From the NCBI GenBank assembly GCA_963709355.1, contig CAVPVY010000005.1, forward strand, positions 1,193,722 to 1,225,721: 32,000 nt of DNA, written 5' to 3'. How positions within the stretch are numbered: the stretch's first letter is position 1; the number at the start of each line of letters is the position of its first letter. Shown piece after piece: positions 24,650 through 32,000 of the stretch. The notes under the pieces were generated by a model. It made no database searches. It saw only the letters and a program-made list of their open reading frames with translations, and was not told where the DNA came from. A program made the position numbers and the translations under genes. Origin of the DNA: an uncultured Planctomycetota bacterium (lineage in GTDB: Bacteria > Planctomycetota > Brocadiia > Brocadiales > Brocadiaceae).

Positions 24650-26347
24650 ATGAACAACAAGGCGAAAATTGCGTATTTTTCAATGGAAATTGGTCTCTCG
24701 AACAATATGCCAACTTACAGTGGTGGTTTGGGAGTCCTTGCAGGAGATACTATAAGATCAAGCGCTGACCTTAAAATCCCTCTGATTGCCGTTACATTAA
24801 TTTATAAAAAAGGCTTTTTCCGTCAAGATATTGACCCTGAAGGAAGACAGATTGAATATCCCGCGAATTGGGACCCTTCCAAATATTTGATACATTTAAC
24901 TAAAAAGGTTGATGTCCAAATTGAAGGTCGTAAAGTTTATATTACTGCGTGGAGTTACAAAGTACGAAGTGTTACAGGCGGGGAAGTTGAAATTATATAT
25001 TTAGATACTGACAACAAAGAGAATATAATAGAGGATAGAGAAATTACTGCCAATTTATATGGCGGTGATAATTGTTATAGACTTAAACAAGAGATTGTGC
25101 TTGGTATTGGTGGTGTGCGAATGCTCCATGCACTTGGATTTAATATAAATAAATATCATATGAACGAAGGCCACGCCAGTTTCCTTACGCTTGAATTGCT
25201 GTTAATGACCAAGAGAGATGTTGAAAGCGTCTGGGATGAAAGGTGGATATGGGATTTAGACGCTGTTAAAGAGTTGTGCGTTTTTACTACTCATACCCCG
25301 GTTGAAGCTGGTCATGACAAATATACTTATGATTTAGTAAAAATAGTTCTCGGCGAAGCAGTACCAATTGAGATACTTAAAACACTCGCCGGTGAAAATC
25401 AACTTAACATGACATTGCTTGCACTAAATTTGAGCAAATATGTTAACGGTGTAGCAAGAAAACACGGTGAAGTTTCTAAAGGTTTATTTCCTGGCTATGA
25501 AATTAATGCAATTACAAATGGTGTCCATTCTTTCACATGGACATGTGCAAGTTTTGTGAAATTATACGATAAATATATTCAAGGATGGGCAAACGAACCA
25601 GAGTTATTTGTCCGCTCAGAAATCATACCTGATGAAGAATTATGGGAAGCCCATAGTAAAGCCAAAGATGAATTATTATCTTTTGTAAAGCATACCAATG
25701 GTATCGAACTAAATAAAGAATCATTAACCATTGGATTTGCAAGAAGATTTACTTCATACAAGAGGGCTGATTTAATTTTCAGAAATCTGGAAAGGCTGTT
25801 AAACATTGGTGAGAAATGGAATATACAGATTATCTACGCTGGGAAAGCACATCCAAAAGATACTCCAGGAAAGAATATAATAAAAAGGATTAATGAAATT
25901 GAAAAAACACTCAGGGACAAAATCAGAGTAGTCTTTTTGAAGGATTACAATATTGATATGGCATTAAAACTGATTTCTGGTGTTGACGTTTGGTTAAATA
26001 CCCCACTGCGTCCATTAGAGGCATCGGGCACTAGCGGTATGAAAGCTGCCCATAACGGCGTAATAAATTTCAGCATTTTGGATGGCTGGTGGATCGAAGG
26101 ACATATTGAAGGCGTTACAGGATGGTCTATAGGTCCAAAACCATCTGAATCTTCACTTATCAGCACCATTGATGCAGCTGATGTGGAAGATTTATATAAT
26201 AAATTAGAAAATACAATTGCGCAGATATATTATAATGATAAAGAACAATGGATAAAAATCATGAAGAACTCTATAAGTAAAATTGCCTACTATTTTAACA
26301 GTCACCGTATGATGCGCCGGTATGTAACTGAGGCATATTTAAGATAA
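24650..26347 (+). CDS. glgP: Alpha-glucan phosphorylase (GT35, short GlgP type)
   Basis: AYFSMEIGL...YSGGLGVLAGD N-terminus and the PLP-Lys motif EASGTSGMKAAHNG. Confidence 0.85.
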   Translation: MNNKAKIAYFSMEIGLSNNMPTYSGGLGVLAGDTIRSSADLKIPLIAVTLIYKKGFFRQDIDPEGRQIEYPANWDPSKYLIHLTKKVDVQIEGRKVYITAWSYKVRSVTGGEVEIIYLDTDNKENIIEDREITANLYGGDNCYRLKQEIVLGIGGVRMLHALGFNINKYHMNEGHASFLTLELLLMTKRDVESVWDERWIWDLDAVKELCVFTTHTPVEAGHDKYTYDLVKIVLGEAVPIEILKTLAGENQLNMTLLALNLSKYVNGVARKHGEVSKGLFPGYEINAITNGVHSFTWTCASFVKLYDKYIQGWANEPELFVRSEIIPDEELWEAHSKAKDELLSFVKHTNGIELNKESLTIGFARRFTSYKRADLIFRNLERLLNIGEKWNIQIIYAGKAHPKDTPGKNIIKRINEIEKTLRDKIRVVFLKDYNIDMALKLISGVDVWLNTPLRPLEASGTSGMKAAHNGVINFSILDGWWIEGHIEGVTGWSIGPKPSESSLISTIDAADVEDLYNKLENTIAQIYYNDKEQWIKIMKNSISKIAYYFNSHRMMRRYVTEAYLR

Positions 26348-26349
26348 GC

Positions 26350-27045
26350 ATGCATAAATTCCTCATAAATGTTAAGGCTTTTATTTTTGACCTTGACGAC
26401 ACCCTTTATGATTGTAGTGGTACTCTTGTATTAAATGGATGGAAAAAGGTTGCAAGCAAGATAGCAAATTTAATTAATTGTTCAGAAGAAGAGGCATATT
26501 TTCTCCAATTAAAAATAGATGAAGAATACAGTGCAAAAGTAAATATTTACGAAAAGATTGTACAACTCTACAATCTTCCAGACAAATATGCCGAGGAATT
26601 ACTTGAAAATTTTGTAAATGTAAAAATAGAGGGTATAACGCTGTTCCCTGACGTAATTGATACATTGATAAGACTCAGGTCATATGGTTACAAACTTATA
26701 CTTGTGACAACAGGACTAAATAAGATTCAAAGAAAAAAGATTGATTTACTGGGCTTGAATAATGATTATTTTGACTATACGCTGATAACAGATAGAAAAA
26801 AAACAGTTGCAAAGAGAGACTGTTTTAAAGATATATTGCAAAAGCTCGGTTTAAATCCAGAAGAAATTGCATGTGTGGGAGACAAGATAGATGATGAATT
26901 AACCGCCGCAAAAACCCTTGGAATGATTACAATCTTGTTTGAACATGGAAGGCATTATAAATCGTATTTCAAGGAAAAGGATAAATATTCTAAGCCCGAT
27001 TTTTCAATTAGACAAAACAAAGAAATCTTACAGTATTTACTATAG
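26350..27045 (+). CDS. HAD-superfamily hydrolase
   Basis: Motif I FIFDLDDTLYD, motif II LVTTG, and motif IV VGDKIDDEL. It starts 2 nt after glgP. Confidence 0.8.
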   Translation: MHKFLINVKAFIFDLDDTLYDCSGTLVLNGWKKVASKIANLINCSEEEAYFLQLKIDEEYSAKVNIYEKIVQLYNLPDKYAEELLENFVNVKIEGITLFPDVIDTLIRLRSYGYKLILVTTGLNKIQRKKIDLLGLNNDYFDYTLITDRKKTVAKRDCFKDILQKLGLNPEEIACVGDKIDDELTAAKTLGMITILFEHGRHYKSYFKEKDKYSKPDFSIRQNKEILQYLL

Positions 27046-27135
27046 AATTTCTTTTATTGTAACCATTATAATGTTCTTTAGAAATTAATTCTACAATTAC
27101 GCCAAGGTATTATTAATATTTAAGAAGGTGATTTA

Positions 27136-27771
27136 ATGCACATCCCTGATGGGTTTCTGGATACCAAGATATGGATAGGAATGGGCTGTATTTCTGCGGC
27201 TTTTATTGTTATAGCAACAAGAAAGGCAAATAAAACAATTTCAGATAAGCATATCCCATTATTTGGAGTAATGGCAGCCTTTGTATTTGCAGCACAAATG
27301 TTTAACTTTCCAGTTGGCGGTGGAACAAGTGGACACTTTATGGGTGGTGCCCTTATTTCCATTTTGCTAGGTCCGTGGGCATCTATTCTCATCATGACAA
27401 CCGTATTAATAATACAATCACTTGTCTTTCAGGATGGAGGTGTTACAGCACTCGGGGCAAATATCTTCAATATAGGTATTGTTGGAGGTTTTCTGGGCTA
27501 TTATATAAATTTATTTATTCATATGTTTACAAAAGGTAAGAAAAGTCTTCTTATAGGTAGTTTCATAGCGGGATGGAGTTCTATTGTTCTCTCGGCAATT
27601 TGCTGTTCTATAGAGTTAGGTGCCTCAGGTATAATGCCGTTAAAAATTGTTTTTCCTGCAATGACGGCAATTCATGCCCTTATTGGCGTTGGTGAAGGAT
27701 TTATAACTGTTGTAGTATTGAGTTTGCTTACAAGAGTAAGGCCAGATTTGCTACAATTACAAAAAATATAA
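27136..27771 (+). CDS. cbiM: CbiM/NikM-type metal (Co/Ni) ECF transporter substrate-capture component
   Basis: The invariant N-terminus MHIPDGFL and about 6 TM helices. Confidence 0.8.
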   Translation: MHIPDGFLDTKIWIGMGCISAAFIVIATRKANKTISDKHIPLFGVMAAFVFAAQMFNFPVGGGTSGHFMGGALISILLGPWASILIMTTVLIIQSLVFQDGGVTALGANIFNIGIVGGFLGYYINLFIHMFTKGKKSLLIGSFIAGWSSIVLSAICCSIELGASGIMPLKIVFPAMTAIHALIGVGEGFITVVVLSLLTRVRPDLLQLQKI

Positions 27772-27858
27772 ATCCTATATAAATGTTCTTAAGCGCAAGG
27801 AATAATATTTGTGATAAATTTAAAATAATTATATTATCATATAAATGAGTATCGTGAT

Positions 27859-28188
27859 ATGAATACACCGAGAATGAAAAATAAGGCGTTGTTTATAGCG
27901 TTTGGTTTATCTGCTGTAATAGGATTAGTTATTTTAATATTACCAATTGTGTCTGAAAAGCCAGATGGATTGGAAAAAGTCTCTGAACATACTATAAGCT
28001 TTGTTAAAAAAGACGATTTCAAGCATACAACAAAAGCTCCAATGCCAGATTATAAAATACCAGGATTAAAGCAAAAATTTGATACGAGACAACTCGCTGG
28101 TATCATAGGAGTGTTTGCTGTATTTGGAATATCAGTCTTTATAGGTTATTTATTAAAGAGAAAACGTAGAAATTCAAGAATCAATTAA
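27859..28188 (+). CDS. PDGLE-domain membrane protein (CbiN-like accessory)
   Basis: The literal PDGLE motif (SEKPDGLEKV) lies between N- and C-terminal TM helices. Confidence 0.7.
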   Translation: MNTPRMKNKALFIAFGLSAVIGLVILILPIVSEKPDGLEKVSEHTISFVKKDDFKHTTKAPMPDYKIPGLKQKFDTRQLAGIIGVFAVFGISVFIGYLLKRKRRNSRIN

Positions 28189-28249
28189 TTTAAAATCTAA
28201 TAAATACAAAATAAATGTTTTGGAAACACAATAAATGTTAAATACTCGT

Positions 28250-29197
28250 TCAACAAGTTAACATAATAAATTTTAAATATGGTTCAGTGATATGTATACC
28301 AGCAACTGGGAAGTCTATACCCTGTGAGGAGACTTCTATAAGCTTGTATTTCTTTGAAGTAAAGTTAGCAACGTGCGCTAACAATTGGAATAATTTTGAA
28401 AAACTCATTTTCGCAAGATTCGTTGAAAAAACTAAAGCTCCACCCTCACGCAGAATATTGAGCCCATGCCCTATTAGTTCTGGAAAGTTCTTCTCAACTG
28501 TAAATACATTTGATTTGCTTGTGGAAAAACTTGGAGGATCAATAATAACTATGTCAAATTCCCGCCCTTTCTTTTGGAATATCCTTAACCAATCCCATGC
28601 ATTTCCAACGATAAATTCATGGATACTTACATCGAGTTGGTTTAATAAAAAATTATTCTTGCTCCATTCTATTGCTTTTTTGGATAAATCAATATTTACT
28701 GTCTTAACCGCTCCTCCAAGTCCAGCGTAAACTGAAAAAGAGGCTGTATAACAAAAGAGATTTAATACCTCTTTATTTTTTGCCAGATATTGTATTTTCT
28801 TCCTATTTTCTCTCTGGTCTAGAAATAGACCCGTCCCGCCACCCTCCTGAAATGAGACGTTGAATTTTATACCATTCTCAAGGACTGTAAAGTCTTTTGG
28901 GATTTCATGACCAATAATTAAATATGTTTTTACCTCTTTGCCCTTGAAGCGTATCTTTTCAGTAATGGTATCTGGAGCTAATATCTCTTTGATGGCTGTA
29001 TAAATAGACTCTTTCTCTTTCTTTTCGAAAGGTTTGAAGTACTGTAAAAGGATGTTTTTATTATAAACGTCAATGGTAGCCTCTGGAAAATCATCGCCGT
29101 AGGAGTTTACTAAACGATAGACATTGGTAAATTTATGATTAATATATTTTTGCCTCAAGGCAAGTGATTTGGAAATAATTTCGTAATAGTTATTCAT
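28250..29197 (-). CDS. Class I SAM-dependent methyltransferase, RlmI/YwbD-like (no PUA domain)
   Basis: GLFLDQRENR, VLNLFCYTASFSVYA (SAM motif I region) and IIDPPSF. Confidence 0.7.
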   Translation of the reverse strand: MNNYYEIISKSLALRQKYINHKFTNVYRLVNSYGDDFPEATIDVYNKNILLQYFKPFEKKEKESIYTAIKEILAPDTITEKIRFKGKEVKTYLIIGHEIPKDFTVLENGIKFNVSFQEGGGTGLFLDQRENRKKIQYLAKNKEVLNLFCYTASFSVYAGLGGAVKTVNIDLSKKAIEWSKNNFLLNQLDVSIHEFIVGNAWDWLRIFQKKGREFDIVIIDPPSFSTSKSNVFTVEKNFPELIGHGLNILREGGALVFSTNLAKMSFSKLFQLLAHVANFTSKKYKLIEVSSQGIDFPVAGIHITEPYLKFIMLTC

Positions 29198-29352
29198 AAT
29201 CTATTATAATTACATAAATTAATAACACAGTTTAGTTTCTATCATATTTTTGACTTTGAATATTGCCGATTATATGGCATTGGTATTGAATGATTATAGA
29301 CAATATATGTATTTAACGGATAGTTCAAAATAATAAATAATTATTAACATAG

Positions 29353-29809
29353 AATGCAACCTTCCGCATCGACAGGGCTATTGAATTACAGACTGGCCAT
29401 ACAAAGGCTTTTATTAACAAGGGAGAACTACTTGCGCAATTTCAACGATATGATGACGCAATAAAGGCATTAGATGTAGCGATTGACATTAATCCTAATA
29501 TGTTTGAACCATGGTACAATAAAGGACTTGCACAGTACTTTTCCAACAAATACTATGGCTAAGTTAAGAGACTCGACAACGTGCGTATACAAAGACCAGA
29601 ATTCTATGAAATATTCAATATTAAAGGTATCGCATTAACGAAACTCTGTAAGTATGAAGATGCTGTAAAAGTCTTAAAATTGCCTTTTGGTGAATCCCCT
29701 ATTCTATAACGCATTATATAACTTGGTTTGTACTTATGCATCCATGAATAATAAAGAGCAATTTTTCAAAACAGCATTTCCAAGACTCATCCAGCTTAAC
29801 GTCTTGTAA
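29353..29809 (+). pseudogene. Degraded TPR-repeat gene (three fragments in three frames)
   Basis: Three fragments carry TPR-like sequence in different frames. 29353-29562: AFINKGELLAQFQRYDDAIKALDVAIDINPNMFEPWYNKGLAQYF. 29568-29709: EIFNIKGIALTKLCKYEDAVKVLKL. 29711-29809: ALYNLVCTYASMNNKEQFFK. There is no start codon, and no ORF of 60 aa or more in the region. Confidence 0.65.
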
Positions 29810-29957
29810 AAAGCAAGAATATTACAAAAGCCACATTTCAAAGATTACGCTATCCATTACAAATAAACATTCATAAATTAACCTTCCTTTTGAAAATTCT
29901 GGCTGTATAATGTCAAAAAAACATTATAAACACTATTATCTCTTTAGGAGAAATGTA

Positions 29958-31277
29958 ATGACATATTCCATGATAAAATGTTTAAACAAGAAAATGTCAT
30001 ATGTAACCTTAATAACCATTTTTGCTGGATTATATTTAATTATTGGATGCACTGCGCAAAAGAAAATACCAAATCAAAACAAACAGAATGAACAAGTTGT
30101 ATCTGTCAAAGAAAAAGGGATTACAGAAGAATCTTTAAATTGCATTACCTGCCATGAGCAACGAGGCATAACTCATGGTTGGATAGCAGATTGGCAGGGA
30201 AGCATGCATGCAAGAAAAGGCATAGGATGTGAGGTGTGTCACGTCGGCCATGCGGAGGAATCGGGATTAAAGGAAGCAATGAAACTTGAATACCTTATTA
30301 CAGATGAATGTAATTGTGATGACAAAAGGGTCAGACGACATGTTATTGCAGGGAAATGCGGTAAATGCCATATAAAACAGTACAACGAATTTATGAAGAG
30401 CCGCCACTCTATAAGCTGGAAAAGGATGCTTGCCAGCAGTCAGTACATGGCAATTACAAAGGATGTGCGAACAGAGAAATGTGAACAATGTCACAATATT
30501 CAATTTAAATGTGACTCTTGTCATACACGCCATACATTTGATACATTTGAGGCAAAAACTCCTGAGGCATGCAGAACATGCCACATGGGACCAGATAATC
30601 CACATTATGAAATATATATCTCATCAAAACACGGTGCTGTTTATACTGCAAGTCAATCAAATATATTAAGAGAATCTCAATCTATTAGTTCCCTACGTTC
30701 TCCTGTTTGTGTAACATGTCATATGCCACTTGGAAATCATGATATTGGTTCTGGAATTGCTCACGGACCAGTAGGAAATGCATTATCGTATATTGACAGA
30801 AACGGTCTAACAGTTAATGAAGTTGAATTATTGAAGAGACGCAATGACATGCTGACTGTATGCAATGAGTGTCATTCCCCCTATTTCGCTAAAAATACGC
30901 TGGTAACTGCTGACTCGATTCATGCGCAGGTTAACTCAATTGTAACAGAGGTAAAAATGGTTGTTTCAGGCATTGAAAAAAGCGGTCTTGTACACTCTTT
31001 TATAGATAAATTACAGAAAACCACACTCCCCTATCATGTCCTTATGCTCAAGAATTCACAAACGCAAGAGATTAAATCAAGGATAGAACGTTCATTTTAC
31101 AAATTAATATGCGATGCCAGTGTTACATGGAAAGGCGCATATCACATGAACCCTAATTACACTAATTTACATGGATGGACGGAACTTCAGAAGGACTTAA
31201 ATGAAATAAAAGAAGAATCTGAAAAGCTGCGTGAGCGTGCAGAGATTAGAAGGAAATTGGAAACCAAATTGAGATGA
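29958..31277 (+). CDS. Octaheme c-type cytochrome, hydroxylamine oxidoreductase (HAO)-like, predicted lipoprotein
   Basis: Eight CxxCH motifs: CITCH, CEVCH, CGKCH, CEQCH, CDSCH, CRTCH, CVTCH and CNECH. HAO-family-like strings CDSCHTRHTF and CRTCHMGPDNPHYEIYISSKHG. The start was set at the ATG preceded by AGGAG. The signal peptide ends in the lipobox IIGC. Confidence 0.75.
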   Translation: MTYSMIKCLNKKMSYVTLITIFAGLYLIIGCTAQKKIPNQNKQNEQVVSVKEKGITEESLNCITCHEQRGITHGWIADWQGSMHARKGIGCEVCHVGHAEESGLKEAMKLEYLITDECNCDDKRVRRHVIAGKCGKCHIKQYNEFMKSRHSISWKRMLASSQYMAITKDVRTEKCEQCHNIQFKCDSCHTRHTFDTFEAKTPEACRTCHMGPDNPHYEIYISSKHGAVYTASQSNILRESQSISSLRSPVCVTCHMPLGNHDIGSGIAHGPVGNALSYIDRNGLTVNEVELLKRRNDMLTVCNECHSPYFAKNTLVTADSIHAQVNSIVTEVKMVVSGIEKSGLVHSFIDKLQKTTLPYHVLMLKNSQTQEIKSRIERSFYKLICDASVTWKGAYHMNPNYTNLHGWTELQKDLNEIKEESEKLRERAEIRRKLETKLR

Positions 31278-31294
31278 TTTATACTACCTAAAAA

Positions 31295-31378
31295 TGCCGA
31301 AGCAGGGACTTGAACCCTGACCCCGTTACCGGGACTAGACCCTGAATCTAGCGCGTCTGCCAATTCCGCCACTTCGGC
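31295..31378 (-). tRNA. tRNA-Leu (anticodon CAG)
   Basis: Hand-folded 84 nt: acceptor GCCGAAG/CTTCGGC, anticodon stem CTAGA/TCTAG with loop TTCAGGG, a long variable arm CCCG-GTAA-CGGG, and T arm CAGGG-TTCAAGT-CCCTG. No encoded CCA. Confidence 0.9.
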
Positions 31379-31562
31379 TACTACGAAATTTTAAAGAAAT
31401 TAGATATTCAAGTCAATTGAATTCATTACTCTGTTACAAATGTGTTAAGATGAGATTTTATGGTCAGTCGCAGTGCAATGGCATATCATCATAATCAGCA
31501 TTTTCTTCGGCATAAAGCCCGCTACTTTTTGTTGTCAGCCCCATCGGCTTTTTAGGCTTTAT

Positions 31563-32000
31563 TTATATTAGATTGTAATCCTCTCCGCCCCTGAATCCCT
31601 TCACACAAAGTTTTAACGCCTTTCTGGCTTCTTTGTCTACGAACGAAAAGATACGATGAATAGAATCGTGAGAACAAAAACGAACATGTCCTGCCACCTT
31701 AATAACCTCAAATCCCAGTGTATCATGTAACTCGTAAAACTTACGATAGAGACAGGCATTCTTTAATATACGATTCGTTCCTTTACTACAAAATCCGTTC
31801 ATTTCCAATTGAGATCTTCTTCGCTGTAGTCCTGTCACACACTGAGAATCGGAATATACATCCAGTGTTCCGAACTTTGAACCTGAGAATTCTTTTTGGA
31901 AATCTTCAAGAGCCCACAAAAGGGTTTGAACTTCAAGTTTTGTTGATGAGGTGACTTCAAATCTTCGTAGTCTTATCTGCTTCAACGAATTCAGACCGAA
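31563..32000 (-). CDS. RNase H-like domain protein, N-terminus probably beyond the right window edge
   Basis: RNase HI-like acidic motifs are spaced as in the family (TKLEVQTLLWAL, VYSDSQCV, VAGHV, FVDKEARKAL). The frame is open from 31985 to base 32000. Confidence 0.5.
   Translation of the reverse strand, partial: FGLNSLKQIRLRRFEVTSSTKLEVQTLLWALEDFQKEFSGSKFGTLDVYSDSQCVTGLQRRRSQLEMNGFCSKGTNRILKNACLYRKFYELHDTLGFEVIKVAGHVRFCSHDSIHRIFSFVDKEARKALKLCVKGFRGGEDYNLI

Noticed and set aside
27046-27135. Possible cobalamin or Ni/Co riboswitch upstream of cbiM
   Set aside because: Only about 90 nt of AT-rich sequence is available. That is too short for a cobalamin aptamer, and no B12-box-like or NiCo-like paired elements are visible.
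28287-28730. 147-aa plus-strand ORF; also 25579-25806, 25945-26169, 26474-26665, 27120-27395, 27837-28022, 30267-30605, 30430-30669 and 31718-31954
   Set aside because: These are antisense or out-of-frame overlaps of well-supported genes: the methyltransferase, glgP, HAD, cbiM, the PDGLE gene, the HAO-like gene and the RNase H-like gene.
29910-29957. Upstream ATG as the start of the HAO-like gene (ORF-track start)
   Set aside because: It has no RBS and overlaps a TATAAT box at 29906-29911. The ATG at 29958 follows AGGAG and yields a proper signal peptide with a lipobox.
31187-31372. 61-aa ORF (MAELADALDSGSS...)
   Set aside because: It overlaps tRNA-Leu almost entirely. This is the well-known spurious translation of a tRNA-Leu gene.
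1-32000. CRISPR arrays, rRNA genes, transposase/IS elements, and toxin-antitoxin or restriction-modification pairs
   Set aside because: I scanned for regularly spaced identical repeats, rRNA-like conserved blocks and DDE or HUH transposase motifs and found none. The only methylase has no partner nuclease.

Overview
This is a low-GC bacterial chromosomal window. It is most plausibly from an anammox planctomycete. That host call is an inference from two things: an HAO-like octaheme cytochrome c gene, and a lipid operon whose composition matches, from memory, one proposed for ladderane synthesis.

Gene order, left to right:
- hemA (partial) and a CcsA/HemX-like membrane gene, both on the minus strand.
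- A plus-strand sulfur/Fe-S cluster: DUF1858 redox-disulfide protein, NifU-like protein, a Cys-rich unknown, a ThiF-type E1 and a class-V cysteine desulfurase.
- queE-queC on the minus strand, then an unknown coiled-coil gene.
- A six-gene operon at about 7.9-14.4 kb: ACP, FabZ, KS, a catalytically dead KS, a CrtI-like flavoenzyme and a B12 radical SAM enzyme.
- A 42-codon micro-ORF coupled to lpdA.
- An integrated element of about 8.5 kb (16025-24589) inserted at the lpdA stop codon. It carries a tyrosine integrase, an Xis/AlpA-like HTH, an orphan Dam methylase, a Nu1-type small-terminase-like gene broken by an in-frame TAG, a primase-helicase with internal iterons, and several unknowns. It has no virion structural or lysis genes.
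- A GlgP-type phosphorylase, a HAD hydrolase, cbiM plus a PDGLE protein, and an RlmI-like methyltransferase (minus strand).
- A frameshifted TPR pseudogene, an HAO-like octaheme lipoprotein, tRNA-Leu(CAG) (minus strand) and a partial RNase H-like ORF (minus strand).

No rRNA, CRISPR array or transposase was seen.

The two best candidates for new biology are the ACP/KS/dead-KS/desaturase/B12-rSAM operon, whose chemistry is unresolved, and the satellite-like integrated element with its core-plus-arm att architecture.

All calls come from reading the sequence and remembered family motifs. No database search was possible. Coordinates of small features were counted by hand.
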